Shown here: piece after piece, positions 1 through 11,764 of the stretch
Layout of the letters: every line of letters starts with the position of its first letter
How positions within the stretch are numbered: the first letter of the stretch is position 1
Source: Naegleria gruberi
Taxonomy: Eukaryota
DNA: 64,000 nt
Strand: one strand, 5' to 3'
Assembly: GCA_000004985.1 (NCBI GenBank)
Contig: GG738927.1
Made by a program: the position numbers and the translations under genes
The notes under the pieces: generated by a model
Databases searched by the model: none
Seen by the model: only the letters and a program-made list of their open reading frames with translations
Told to the model about the DNA's origin: nothing

Positions 1-669
1 ACACACTATTACTAAAAAGACAATATATATTTATATATTATATTATTAATATTGTCAAAGGCATCAATCAAGTTAAAAAAGATATAAATCTATTAATAGA
101 TCCAGCAGTAAACAAAATAAACTGCAACAAGTCGTTAAATACGAGAAGAAACCTCAAGTTCGAAAGCAAAACATCAACACACAAAAAAAATGCCACAACA
201 CCAAATCCAACACAAACACCTCCAAACCGTCTCTGACCTCAAACTCAACATTAAACCACGAAAAATCAGTGATTACAATCAGAAACGTTGGAATTCCCTC
301 ACCGATGCTGAAAAACGAATCTACAACGACAATTATTGTTGTTCCTATTGCGACCTTCACAGGTATAGCATGAAAACATACTCTAGTAATATGATCCCAT
401 TGGCTGTTGTAATGGAATCTACTGGTGGACATGGTCCTCGTTTTGTTTCAAAGAAATTTGGACGAAACTTGTCAGTACACTCCAAGATTTTTGTTGGCAT
501 TACTGATTGTTAAACAAGAATATGCTTCTACAACTGTGAGATACTGTTTTTTGAGACAGGGAAAGTTTGGTCATAGGATTGATCATTCGAAATGCGCAAT
601 TTTAGAAAAGGGTGAATTCTTCAACCATTCTTTGTTGGGATAAAGAAACTGGACGAAACACAAGTAGAT

Positions 670-1596
670 TTGGTGCTGTTAAACAGATGGAAAACCAAAA
701 TTGTTACCATCATGCTGAATCAGGATAACATTAAGGAATCTCAAGTGTCTTGGAAAAAGGGAAAAGGACTAGTTTTTGAAAAAAATGAAGAACAAAGGTT
801 GATTCCATGCATTTCTGATGGAAACTGTCTGGATTTTGTTGGAAGCACTGATTCTACAGTGTTCAAAGCTAGTTTTTCCAATACAGATAGTCCAGAATTT
901 ACTGATGTTTCTCTGAAGTGTGATAAGAAATGTTTGGTTTTAGTCAACCAAACAGATCAAGCAATTTACTTGATTTACAATCAAATTCACAAAATGGTGA
1001 AGATGGAAGATGAATACTCAAGTGAATTGGTTCAATTTACTAATTTCTCACAATTTTCAAAGCTCATTACTCAGTCTGAGTCAAGAGCACTCTGTCGATT
1101 GACCAAAACCAAATACTTGGTGTTGATTTTTGAAGACAACTCCAACGCAATCACTTTCCAAGATCTAATCACACAAAATACACGTTGGTTTCTCTTTGAC
1201 TTGCAAAGCCACTCAATTGAGGTTGTGAGCCCAATTGTCCATCCATTAATTCAGCAGGGAAAGCATGAATTCTCAATCATTCAAAAAAAATCAAGAAAAA
1301 GAAAAGATTTTCGTTTTCTAGATGGTGATGTCAATGGTGGATACAGTGAAGCTTTGGAATTTCCTCAATCTTTCTCAAAACCAAAGTTGTTCGCTTTTCG
1401 TCCATTTAAGGCAAATCCTGACCTCTTCCAAGTTCATTTGAATTTGAGAGAGGAATTTGAAGCAATGAGTTTTTCTCTTAATTCATTGGGGTTTTCGTTC
1501 AGATTCTTGTTCAAAGTGAAGAGTGAAGCTCCAACTCCTTTTTCTCAAAAACAAACATCCTCCTTTTCCGATGTTTCTCTTCAATGTTTTTATTAA
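670..1596 (+). CDS. Hypothetical protein, 308 aa ORF. The upstream ORFs 190..513 and 425..643 may be 5' exons of the same gene.
   Basis: Long ORF in an AT-rich background. No recognisable family motif. Exon structure was not resolved. Confidence 0.3.
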   Translation: MVLLNRWKTKIVTIMLNQDNIKESQVSWKKGKGLVFEKNEEQRLIPCISDGNCLDFVGSTDSTVFKASFSNTDSPEFTDVSLKCDKKCLVLVNQTDQAIYLIYNQIHKMVKMEDEYSSELVQFTNFSQFSKLITQSESRALCRLTKTKYLVLIFEDNSNAITFQDLITQNTRWFLFDLQSHSIEVVSPIVHPLIQQGKHEFSIIQKKSRKRKDFRFLDGDVNGGYSEALEFPQSFSKPKLFAFRPFKANPDLFQVHLNLREEFEAMSFSLNSLGFSFRFLFKVKSEAPTPFSQKQTSSFSDVSLQCFY

Positions 1597-2072
1597 TTCA
1601 TCCAACATACTCATAAAATGTAATGAATAACGAATACATTGTAAAGAGTGCATGCATTCATTTTTCTCATCAAAATTATGGATGTTGAATTTATGAAATT
1701 GATGGCTCTGTATTTCGTAAGAATGAATTAAGCGAAGAAGCACATCTAAATAAACAATGAAAAGGCATTTCTTCCAAGAAAGCAATCAATATTTAACAGC
1801 AGATGCTTTAGCTTGCACTTTATCTTTCAATCCTGAAAAAACTGTTGGTGGTAAATCTGGAGCATCAACAGCAATTGCTTTGGGTATTTATTATTACTAT
1901 CATGTAGCAATAGAAGAAATTCCATTATGAGAAGACAAAAAATTTTTAGTTCAATAATAATCATCTTTATTGTAAACATTCAATTCAAAAACAGTAAATA
2001 AAGTAATTGCATATCATCAATGAAACTATTCCTCAAAATATAACTTGATTAAAACCCTTTCTAGAGATCTTT

Positions 2073-2540
2073 TTAGATTCTAAAAAATTGTCTCTTTCCC
2101 ATCAGATAATAGGCCACAATTCTCGTACCTATCAGTGCAACCGAACCAAATGATGCAATCAAAAAGCCATAAAGTATGGAACCAATATAAAAAATCATGT
2201 GATACTTGTAGAACTCAGGTTCAACCGTACTGCATTCTTTTTGGTTGACTAAAGCAAACGAACATATACGAAGGACAATTGCAATCAGTATACAGCAATA
2301 ATTGAGGATATTAAAGATGGTAAAACCCTTCGTCGTTTGCTTTTTAACATGATATTCAAATGTCTCTGCATCCCATTCCTTGTCAACCTTCATGCACTTT
2401 TGTTTAATTGTTTCCTCTACAAAATGCATAATCTGATAAAGGGAAAATAACAGAAACTGAATGAGAAAAAGTATGGTGATTGTTTTGCACTGACACGATT
2501 CAGTATCATCCAAATGAAAGAAGAAAGCAATGATCAGCAC
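2073..2540 (-). CDS. Small multi-pass membrane protein, paralog A (3' exon). It is paralogous to 3939..4341 and shares the motifs DTESC, EFY and GK.EF.
   Basis: The 155 aa ORF has 3-4 hydrophobic helices. Motifs shared with the 3939..4331 ORF (DDTESCQC vs SDTESCKS; PEFY; MGKRQF vs VGKNEF) indicate paralogy. Confidence 0.45.
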   Translation of the reverse strand: MLIIAFFFHLDDTESCQCKTITILFLIQFLLFSLYQIMHFVEETIKQKCMKVDKEWDAETFEYHVKKQTTKGFTIFNILNYCCILIAIVLRICSFALVNQKECSTVEPEFYKYHMIFYIGSILYGFLIASFGSVALIGTRIVAYYLMGKRQFFRI

Positions 2541-2696
2541 TATAGTTTGTCAAAATTATTTGAAACTATATCCGAAACAAAAACACATACCTTCAACTAT
2601 TTTATAAAGCAAGGAAACCAAGTAAGCTAAAACGAGTCCTACTTTTGACAAACTATTGTGTTTTTATCTTCAACAAGTTATCGGAAAGTGAGAAAC

Positions 2697-2927
2697 TTAC
2701 ATTTTGGCAAGCAGAGTGGCGAGTTTACTTCTCTTCTCACTTTCGTTTTCTTGTTGAACAACTAAATTATTCTCAAGATTGTTGACAACCTTTTTTTCCA
2801 CATTTTCTCTTTTTTCGAAATTCTCATCATCAATTCCCAAATTCTCCTTGCTATTGTTGTGTGAAATCATATTTTTTTTAAAACGAATTTTTTTAAAAAA
2901 TGTCAATTGACTTGTCGTCATCCTCAA
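2697..2927 (-). CDS. Putative 5' exon of the paralog A membrane-protein gene.
   Basis: The ORF ends at a GTAAGT donor (AAAAT|GTAAGT). Its N-terminal peptide resembles the 5' exon of paralog B. The only canonical acceptor before 2540 gives a 1-nt frame mismatch, so paralog A may carry a frameshift or use a different acceptor. Confidence 0.3.
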   Translation of the reverse strand: MRMTTSQLTFFKKIRFKKNMISHNNSKENLGIDDENFEKRENVEKKVVNNLENNLVVQQENESEKRSKLATLLAKM

Positions 2928-3920
2928 AGAAGAAGCATCACGATGACATTTTAAACAAGTTTGGTCTCGATGTGAACATTACACTTGTTGGATCTGGTGG
3001 TTTTGGTTGTGTGTACAAGGTTGATGTGTCAGAAAATTGCTATGCCATAAAGGCAGTTGATTTTGTGGAGGATAATCAAATTTCGGAGAAACCAACAAGA
3101 AGTGAAGTGGTTATAGAAGCCATGAGAGATTTTAAACATGAGAGATTGTTGAATATTATGGAGAGGTTTGAAGTGGACTATACTTTGTACATGGTTTCGA
3201 ATTTTTGCAAATACGAAACATTGGAACAAATTGGAGGATATTTGAAACTAGATGAATACCATTGTTTGTTGATACTGAATCAATTACTGGAAGGTTTAGA
3301 ATATTTGCATTCCCAAAAACTCATACATAGGTTTGTTTTATAACTTAACCAAATATTGTAATATACGAAACAACCTAAACAGAGATATTAAACCTAGTAA
3401 TGTCCTAGTGGAATCAATAGATCCTACACGAGTTATTCTCGCAGATTTTGGGTTATTATTGCATGAGCATGGAAATAGAGCTGATCAAATGTGTGGTACC
3501 TTATACTATCTGCCTCCTGAAATTTCCCCAACAGGAGGAAAACGATTCACCTTCGCAGCTGATATTTATTCACTCGGATTGACCATAATTTCAATGATGG
3601 GAGTTCATATTCAGTTTCCAAGAACCTCACTTACTGTCAAAGGTCAAGTAATTCAGGGACTAAGGGAGAAATTAAGTAAGGCAACTATAGATATCCTATT
3701 GGATATGATTCATCCGTCACCTTCTCTCAGAGCTAACTTTTGCACAAACTTAAAAAAGAGAGTCAATCAAGTGATGAAAACTCTTGAAAACACTGAAAAT
3801 CTCTATCAGAATCGGCAAATGTATGAAGATATTGAGGAAACTGCCTTTTACAAAATTGGTTATTTCCTAAACGAAGTTGTGGATATTATAACCAATACCA
3901 AAACAGCAAATATTATTTAA
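2900..3920 (+). CDS. Ser/Thr protein kinase, paralog 1. Structure is join(2900..3330,3383..3920) with a 52-nt intron (GTTTGT...AACAG).
   Basis: Gly-loop GSGGFGCVYK, the VAIK-like motif AIKAV, catalytic loop HRDIKPSNVLV, and DFG (ILADFGLL). The intron splits the R codon of the HRD motif at exactly the same position as in paralog 2, and the frame is restored across it. Confidence 0.8.
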
Positions 3921-3938
3921 TCAATTATTACAAAAGAT

Positions 3939-4759
3939 TTATTTATATCTAGAGAATTCATTCTTTCCCACCATGAAATTGGCAACAACTCTCAACAGCA
4001 TGTAAACACAAACTGTACACAAATTGAATACTATGACATATACTAAAAAGGAGCAAGTATACGACAAGACATTCGAATAAAATTCTGGAACTTGACTAGT
4101 GTTTTGGCATTGAGAAACGAGTGCAATATTACATATTGTTAGAATAACGACTGGAACTATGTGTACAACATTACATGATCTGATACAACCGTACATTGAA
4201 TCATCACACACTTCACATTTGAAACATGATTTCATACAGACCAAGCAAGTGTTTAACAATAATGAAAATATGGAACATGACAAGATGATAGAAGAGATGG
4301 AATGTGATTTACATGATTCGGTATCACTCAACTGATTGTATCTATTATAGAGAACGCCTAAACTGTCAAGTTATTCAAATATTGCAGAATAAACTTACAT
4401 CCCCAAATGTTAAATGCCAAAATTGTGAAATAATCAAAGAGAAGGTATAATCTAAATATTCTATTGTGTAAATTGCCAAGTTAATAAAGAAAATCCAAAA
4501 CTTTGAAAACTCACATGGATCCTGCTTTTTTTCCAGTCGTGGTCTGAGATGAGATTTGTTCTTCAACAGTTTTTGGTTTAGCATTTGGAATCACAAGAAG
4601 CGAATTATCATTCCAAAGATCCGATACTTGTTCAGAATGTTCATTAGGGTGGAGAGCAACTAATGACATGTCATCAACATCATTGTGTGAATCCATTTTT
4701 TTGAGATGACTGTCAACTAAACTGTTGAAGAAATGCTTGTGGAAATAGACGTGGGACAT
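3939..4759 (-). CDS. Small multi-pass membrane protein, paralog B. Structure is join(3939..4341,4515..4759).
   Basis: The 5' exon ends in-frame at a GTGAGT donor. The acceptor CTATAATAG|A restores the frame into the 3939..4331 ORF (junction ...KKAGS-I-YNQLSDTESC...). The 3' exon encodes several transmembrane helices. Confidence 0.5.
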
Positions 4760-4796
4760 CTTTCACACACACTTTGTGTGAAACACTTATTAAAAA

Positions 4797-5922
4797 ATGG
4801 CTGACAACGATACAACATGTGATCAAATGATGATGGATTATTCATTTGGAGGTGGTCATATCAATTCAAATTTGCGAGGAAATTTACCCAACGATCAAAG
4901 AATTAGAATGAAACACATGAATGCCATCAATAACCATTATTACCTTTACAGTAATAATTCTAATACGAATTCTAATACTAATTCTAATAATGTAATAGAA
5001 CCTATAGGAGCAGGAGGATTCGGCACTGTCTACAAAACACAAATTCCCTTCGATAATACCATACACAATGTTGCCATTAAAGCAATTGAATTTGCAGAGG
5101 ATAATCCAAAGAGTGAAAGTGAAAAGCAAAAGCCAAGCAGAAGACAAGTAATGAAAGAGGCCAACAGAGTATTTGTGCATCCTCGACTTTTATATGTGAT
5201 GGATAGTTTTGAGGAGGATAAAACTCTCTATATTGTCTCGCCATTCTATGCAGGTGGAAGTTTGGAAAAGAATCAAGTAATAGAGGAGAGGTCATGTTTG
5301 ATAATTCTTGAACAGGTGTTGGAAGCTCTCGAGGTGTTACATGCCAATGATTACATTCATAGGTAGGTTTTGGTTTGGCAATCATGGAAACTAAACTAAT
5401 CTCAGAGATATTAAGCCTCACAATATTTTTGTCAGAAATTCGAATCCAATTGATGTTGTTCTTGGTGATTATGGACTGCTGAGATCTGTACACACCTTAA
5501 AAACAACAGGATTTTGTGGAACAAAATACTTTACAGCACCTGAAATTAAGGGAACAGATGTTTCAAGTTACACAAACAAATCAGATATTTACTCAACTGG
5601 TATGACAGCATTGAGATTATTGGGAGTTATTATTTCCGATCCAAGAACGACGACTACATTTAAAAGCCAAGTCGTCAATGGATTAGCATCTAGGAATGTT
5701 AGTAGGGAAACAACAGAGTTGATATTGCAAATGGTTCATCCAAACAGAAGAAAGAGGCCAAATGCCACACAAGCAAGACAACAAGTTCAACAAATTTATT
5801 TCATCTTGTTGCAACAATCGAATGATTTCTCTCCAGTTTCGCCAATTCAAACAACTAATAGTGGTAATTATGGAGGTTTTTTGCATGCTGTGTTGGACTC
5901 CTTTTCAGAACTTTTCTTTTAA
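4797..5922 (+). CDS. Ser/Thr protein kinase, paralog 2. Structure is join(4797..5362,5406..5922) with a 43-nt intron (GTAGGT...CTCAG). It has an N/S-rich N-terminal region.
   Basis: Gly-loop GAGGFGTVYK, AIKAI, HRDIKPHNIFV, a DYG variant of DFG (LGDYGLL), and APE (FTAPEIKG). The intron position and phase are identical to paralog 1. Confidence 0.8.
4950..4995 (+). repeat. Imperfect hexanucleotide microsatellite (AATTCTAATAC)n inside the kinase-2 coding region. It encodes an SNTNSNTNSN tract.
   Basis: Direct repeats of aattctaata(c/g) are seen in the sequence. Confidence 0.6.
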
Positions 5923-6018
5923 TACTTTTGTAAAAAATTGAAGAGAATCTTTTAGTTTAGTTTTTTTACACACAAGTCAACCAGAGAAAAGTAAATTTTG
6001 AGATTGATTTAAAAAAAA

Positions 6019-7497
6019 ATGCAAACAAGGGTCGTACTGTCGGACTTTCAAACTCTTGATGATTCATCACTGTTTCAATTATTTGAAAAGATGAAACATA
6101 AACTTTCAACAGCTAGAAAATCAAAAAGAAAATTCTTGGAAAATCGAATGAATATTGCTTTCGGATACATTCCCATAGAATTTTACAAAGATAGGGAATA
6201 CGTTTTGGCATCCATCAAGAAGAATGGCTCTCATTGTCTCTATGATATTCATCCAGAAGCCTTCTCCGATCGTGAAATTCTATTCGAAATGTTAAAATCC
6301 CTTAAAAATGATAATTTTGCATCTGTTCCAATTGACAATGAAATATTGAAACCATTTGCTAATGATCGTGAAATTGTCAAATTATTAATTCACCTAGATT
6401 CTTCTTTCTTTGACAATCAAAAATTCAAATTCGATAGAGAAATGGCTCTATTGGCATGCATTTCATGTTCAGATAACTGTTTCGGGATTAGTACGGAGTT
6501 TATGGAGGATGAGGAGTTTGTTTTGAGTGCTATTGAGGAGAATTATTCAGTATTCAATACAACAAGTGATAAATTGAAAAATGATAAAGCATTTATTAGA
6601 AAGGCATTGAAGAGAAATGGAAAGGTAATTTACGAGTTGAGTGATGAGCTGATGGGTGATGAGGAGCTCATTAAGATTGCTATTGAACAAAACCCAATGG
6701 TATTCGAAGCGATATATGAAAATGAGAGTATTAATTGTGGAGCAGATGTTATCAAGATGGCTGTCGAGAAGAATGGACAGTTATTGCAATTTGTGACGGA
6801 AGATTTGGAGAATTTTGATAGAATTGCAGTGAAACAGAATCCATTGGCATTGGATTATGCAAGTGATCAATTGAAAAATGATAGAGATAGTGTTCTGGAA
6901 GCTGTCAAAAAGGATGGATCTTGTTTTGTTTATGCATCTGAAGAATTGAGAAGTAATTCTTCATTCGTGCAAGAGGTAATTGATAATTGTGCAATTCCAA
7001 AGGAAAGCAATGAAATGCATCACGTTCTACTCCTCATTTTGAAAGAAAAAGGATATTGCCCTACCTCTGTCTATGAAGCATTGAGAAATATTGATAAGGA
7101 ACTTGCTTTGAGAATAGTTAGCATTCATGGAGAGATGATTTGTATAATGGTCGATTGGCAGAATGATAGGGATGTGTTACTGACAGCATTTGAAACATGC
7201 ACTTCATCTACAGGAAGAAAACGTATCTGCTCAAATATTTATATTACTGATAAGGAGTTAATTTATGAGATTTTTGTAAAATATTCCACTGATATTATAG
7301 GTCAAATTTATGAATTGGATGTTGAATTGTTGAGAAGATTGCTTCAAATTGATGGTTCTGCATTTCGTTTAATGGATGGAAAGTTTAAGGATGAACCTAT
7401 ACTGATTGAAGAAGCTTGGAAACAAAGTGGATATGTTGATGGGCCATCTGATGAATTATATACGAAACGTATGGAATATGCCTATCCAGAATTGTAA
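6019..7497 (+). CDS. DUF4116-repeat protein, 492 aa.
   Basis: Roughly 30-aa repeat units recur with the pattern D.E.VL.A......AL.YAS..L..D..F (for example REYVLASIKKNGSHCLYDIHPEAFSDREILFEM and RDSVLEAVKKDGSCFVYASEELRSNSSFVQEV). This matches the DUF4116 repeat family. Confidence 0.55.
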   Translation: MQTRVVLSDFQTLDDSSLFQLFEKMKHKLSTARKSKRKFLENRMNIAFGYIPIEFYKDREYVLASIKKNGSHCLYDIHPEAFSDREILFEMLKSLKNDNFASVPIDNEILKPFANDREIVKLLIHLDSSFFDNQKFKFDREMALLACISCSDNCFGISTEFMEDEEFVLSAIEENYSVFNTTSDKLKNDKAFIRKALKRNGKVIYELSDELMGDEELIKIAIEQNPMVFEAIYENESINCGADVIKMAVEKNGQLLQFVTEDLENFDRIAVKQNPLALDYASDQLKNDRDSVLEAVKKDGSCFVYASEELRSNSSFVQEVIDNCAIPKESNEMHHVLLLILKEKGYCPTSVYEALRNIDKELALRIVSIHGEMICIMVDWQNDRDVLLTAFETCTSSTGRKRICSNIYITDKELIYEIFVKYSTDIIGQIYELDVELLRRLLQIDGSAFRLMDGKFKDEPILIEEAWKQSGYVDGPSDELYTKRMEYAYPEL

Positions 7498-7634
7498 AAG
7501 TCATCATCAAATCCTAATTGAATTAAATCTCTACCAGCAAATATAAACAATTTCACTATTAGGTAAAATTAACAGTTCAAATAATGGTTTTTATATTCAT
7601 GTATCAAGTTGGATTTAAAATCCCAAAATCCCAT

Positions 7635-8402
7635 TTAATATTGAACTTTTCTTTGATTAATAAAGTTCATAATTTTTTGAGCTGTTTCCTTTGCCTTATA
7701 ATAATTAAGGTAGCCCTTTGTAAACTTAACATTTCCAGAGCTAGTCACAATTATAATCTTTCCACTTGGAACTCCATTCACTCTCATTGAAAAATCCATC
7801 TCCACCACAACATCATTTATCGAACTATAAGGCACAGAAACTTCACGATCCAGACAGCCAAATTTCACAACTGCTCCATAACTCTTACTCATCAATTCTC
7901 TCTTCCTATCATCAAATATAAAGTCAGTATCTCTTGTAATAAGTGCAATAATCAAGAATGGTATGGCCAGGAATGGAAACCACAAAAAGACAAGGCCAAC
8001 AATAAAGAAAACCCAAGCGAAATTATTCTTTGGAGCTTTCATTACTATTCTTCCGTGCTCATCTACCTGAACATCAGCCGAGTTAAGATTTGATGGTGGT
8101 GATTGTGGAATGTAAACTTGTTGCACTGGAGGCATTTGCTGATTATATTGAGGCTGCAATGGTTGTTGTGGAGGGACAAAACCTATTGGTTCTGGTAGAT
8201 TATTCATCATACCTTGTTGGGGAGGAATTTGAGAAGGAACTTGATAAATATATTGTTGTTGTTGTTGATGTTGTTGTACCTGATCAATAGTTTCATTCAC
8301 CACACCAGTTGGTTGATAATACTCTGCGTGATCGGAAGAGTTTGATGCTTCTTGTTGAACAAGAGGTTCCTTAAGGGAATCTTGAGTTTGTTGCAAATGC
8401 AT
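7635..8402 (-). CDS. Q/P-rich single-pass membrane protein. The ORF-track start at 8471 is GTG; the first ATG is at 8402.
   Basis: A poly-Q/P-rich N-terminus, one strongly hydrophobic segment (FAWVFFIVGLVFLWFPFLAIPFLIIALI), and a C-terminal globular region. No family assignment. Confidence 0.4.
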   Translation of the reverse strand: MHLQQTQDSLKEPLVQQEASNSSDHAEYYQPTGVVNETIDQVQQHQQQQQYIYQVPSQIPPQQGMMNNLPEPIGFVPPQQPLQPQYNQQMPPVQQVYIPQSPPSNLNSADVQVDEHGRIVMKAPKNNFAWVFFIVGLVFLWFPFLAIPFLIIALITRDTDFIFDDRKRELMSKSYGAVVKFGCLDREVSVPYSSINDVVVEMDFSMRVNGVPSGKIIIVTSSGNVKFTKGYLNYYKAKETAQKIMNFINQRKVQY

Positions 8403-8825
8403 TTCGCTGGAACTGTAAGGAGGTATTTGAGGTATTTTGTTTGCTGTTGTTTTTTCAATAATAACATTCACAACAGCAATATATTACGAGAGATATTAAG
8501 GGCGGCTTGATGTTATGGTTCAACAACATAGAAGTAATGTAATAAGGGCATTCAATGGTGTGGATAATGGCAATGATGGTCCATCAGCATTTTATTAAAT
8601 ATACTTCAACATGCATTAGTATAAGTCAATTGAACTCTTACTCCACCCATTATTATGAGATCTCAGAAAGTACATTTGGCTCACAATTTATCTTTTGGTA
8701 TAATCAGAGTTGTTTCTTTTGTACCGAATTACGGCTCCAATTTTTAAATTACTGTTCAGGGTGCTCCTTAATGTTAAGAACTATCCAATTTTTCGATTTA
8801 CATCTTGTATCCATTCAATACCTTG

Positions 8826-11764
8826 CTACTGGATACTACAACTCTTGTGTGACTTCTTCCCTGGCTTACTTGGCGATTTTCTACTGAGCAGTTGCTTAAT
8901 GTGAGGAATAGAGTCCCATTCATTCAATTTTCCTTCATACATTTTAGAAAGTGGTTTCAAATTCATTTCTGCAAACTGAGTGAGTAAATTGAATATTTCA
9001 TGAACTGGTGGTATCATTTCTGGTTCGTAGATTGGAGAGGAGGAAGGTATTCTTTGTTGTTGGAAAAGAGTTTCGTCACCAAACATTAACATCCACTTGC
9101 AAATATCTAAAAAGTTTTCAACAGAGAGTAAGGTGGCGAGCTTTCTGATTAGATATATTTGAATAACACTGTCCATTTGGAATAAACTGGCATGATAAAT
9201 CATTCCAATTAGAATGGTTATTTCACTATTCAAAAGGACGAAAGAATCATCCACCGAGTCTTGTTGTTTGGATATTCCATAGCATGCGTGCATGAGATGG
9301 AGTAGTGCCTTTTCCTTAATCTTGGCCTCTGATGCTTCGATTGCATTTCTAGAATCGAGGTCAAAATCATATAAATCCAAGCAATTATCATCTTTGGAGA
9401 ATTGGAACTGTTCATCAAATATCTTTTCAAAAAGAGGGCTATAAGATGAGAGGATTGTCTTGTGCAAGTACAATACGTGCTTCTTTTCTGAATCGATAAT
9501 TACCTTGACATCTGAAGTAGCTTGATCGTTGAACATGTTGTGGAAAATATGTCTATGGTTCGATTGTTCATGAATTGGATGATTAATGTAGTGAGCGAAG
9601 GGTTTTTTCAAGCGAACTACACGAGAGACCTTTTCCAATGGTGTATCTTGAATATTTGCATTGAAATCTTGGAAATTATCCAAGAGCATTCTTATCTCAT
9701 CGGCTACTTGATCTGTAAGTTCCACATTACCATCTATTTCTTCAACCAAATAGTACATTACAAATCTTCTAAAATTCTCTATAATTAAATCAGTTTCGAT
9801 ATGATTCATGACATAGAGAGCATGAACCTTCTCGATAGGGGTCATGCTTACTAAGTGGTCCACTATCTTCTCCTTCTTGTGCACAAAATGACCTTGAACA
9901 CAATCCACTAAATATTGAGCAAAATTTAGTGCGATAGTAGTCATGGAATTGAGATACTCTTCATTAATCACCACATTCTCATAAAATTTTGGTGTTACCT
10001 TTCTCAATAGTGGACCATATCCATAAATCTTGTCATGGATTCTATCTCTATTGTAATGTCTAATAGGGAAGTGAAGTATTGGCAGAGAATCAATTATGGC
10101 CTTTCTGTGTGCAAAGTAAAAATGTGATGAGAATGCAGATGTCTCAACTCTGTTGATGGTATCAGTGTTAATTGAGGAAACCTTCCTGAAAACAGATGAA
10201 TATTGTGTTATATCCCCTGTACCAAGTCTATTTAACTTGTGAAGAGCAGCTCTATTTAAAAACTTACCTTCCATCAGTATTAATACCACAACTGTAAGCA
10301 TTCTGATCAGTTAGGAAAACAGACAACGAAGCTCCACATGAAACATGTTTTGGAATGAGATTAGTTTTCAGCATTGCAAATTGTGGCTTTTTCACTCTAT
10401 CTGAAAGACCCAACTCACCATTGATATTTCCACCACTGCAAATCATGTATCCACCAGTATTAGTAATAGCCATCGAATGAACAAATCCACATGAAATTTT
10501 TGTAATCTTAAATCCTGGTCTTACCATGTTAATTTTGACAAACTTTTTTACACTCTTCACATTACCCAGTCCAATTTGTCCCGATTCATTAGATCCAGAT
10601 ACGTAAATCTGACCATCCTGACTCAGTAGAACTGAATGGTCCTTACCAAAACTAATATCTTGAGCCAAAAACCCAGCTTGAACCAATGTGAAATAGGCAA
10701 CGTTGGGCTTGGATGACTTTCTACCAATGCCCAACTCTCCACAATTATTCTTTCCAGCAACATATAGAGCTCCATTATTTGTAATGAATGCAGAATGATG
10801 CTCTCCACAACATAGTCTCTTGATGGGTATATTCAACTCGTACGATTCAATAATTTCTTCCTTTCCATCTTCTAATGAGTGTTCCACGACATTATCTTCA
10901 TTACTGCTTCCACTCCCACTGGATGAACATTCTTCCTCTTCATTGTTTGAGGTATTTACAGTATATTTTGGTATATTTACTTTTTCGAAATCCTCCCGTT
11001 TCACTAAATCTCCCTAAAATGATGAGTCAATAAATCAATTTCACTAACTTACCAATCCAAGTTGACCATTGGTATTTAAACCTAAATTTAATCAATTAAT
11101 ATAACAAGTCCAATTGGATGTTTCCAATAATAATTATCAGTTTCCATATTTAGATATTTTATGACTTACCACTGCTGTACAACTCTCCTTCATTCGTTAA
11201 CAACATCAAATGAAACCATCCACTCGATATTGCCTTCACCTTCTTATCAAAATGTAATTTATGCATTTGTGACAATCCAGATTGATTTGTTTTCATTGCT
11301 CCCTTGAACGAATTATATCCACTCACATAAACTTCTCCAAATTCTGTTAATATTGCCAAATGATATGCACCTGCTTCCACTTGTTTAATCATAATCGGAG
11401 CAAAAGAAGGATTTTCAATTGTATGATGAGATGAATTCTTGCTAATTGGTGTTACAGTTGGAACTGGCTTTTCCGAATAATCATCCAATTGACCCAATAT
11501 TCCATACTTGTTTTTGCCACAAGAATAGATAAGATTGAGAGGTGCATTAGGAGAGGCAATATGTAATAGAGGAAGTGAAACACTATTTCTATTATTGTTT
11601 GATGATGATTTTGAAGTATTCGGAGAAGAATTATTATTCAATGTTTCCTCTTCATCATGTTGATGATTAGCAAGCGACGATGATGCTGATGAAGAAGGAC
11701 TCTCAGGTGAAGTTGCCTCCACCATTGAATCATCTTCCGTAGTTGAAAGTCTACTCTCTTCCAT
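8826..11764 (-). CDS. RCC1-repeat + BTB domain protein (RCBTB-like). Structure is join(8826..10227,10268..11013,11053..11081,11170..11764), including a 29-nt micro-exon.
   Basis: RCC1 blade motifs occur repeatedly (YSCGKNKYGILGQ, LYVAGKNNCGELGIG, IYVSGSNESGQIGLG, CSGGNINGELGLS). GTAAGT donors and AG acceptors restore the frame at each junction. The micro-exon encodes (G)LNTNGQLGL, itself an RCC1 motif. The C-terminal exon contains a BTB/POZ domain (VKVIIDSEKKHVLYLHKTILSSYSPLFEKIF...). Confidence 0.7.

Noticed and set aside
8090-8290. Small ORFs antisense to, or nested within, larger genes (for example 8090..8290, 36487..36690, 50569..50757, 53040..53267).
   Set aside because: They lie entirely inside stronger coding regions on the opposite strand or in another frame. 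They have no motifs and are consistent with random ORFs in an AT-rich sequence.
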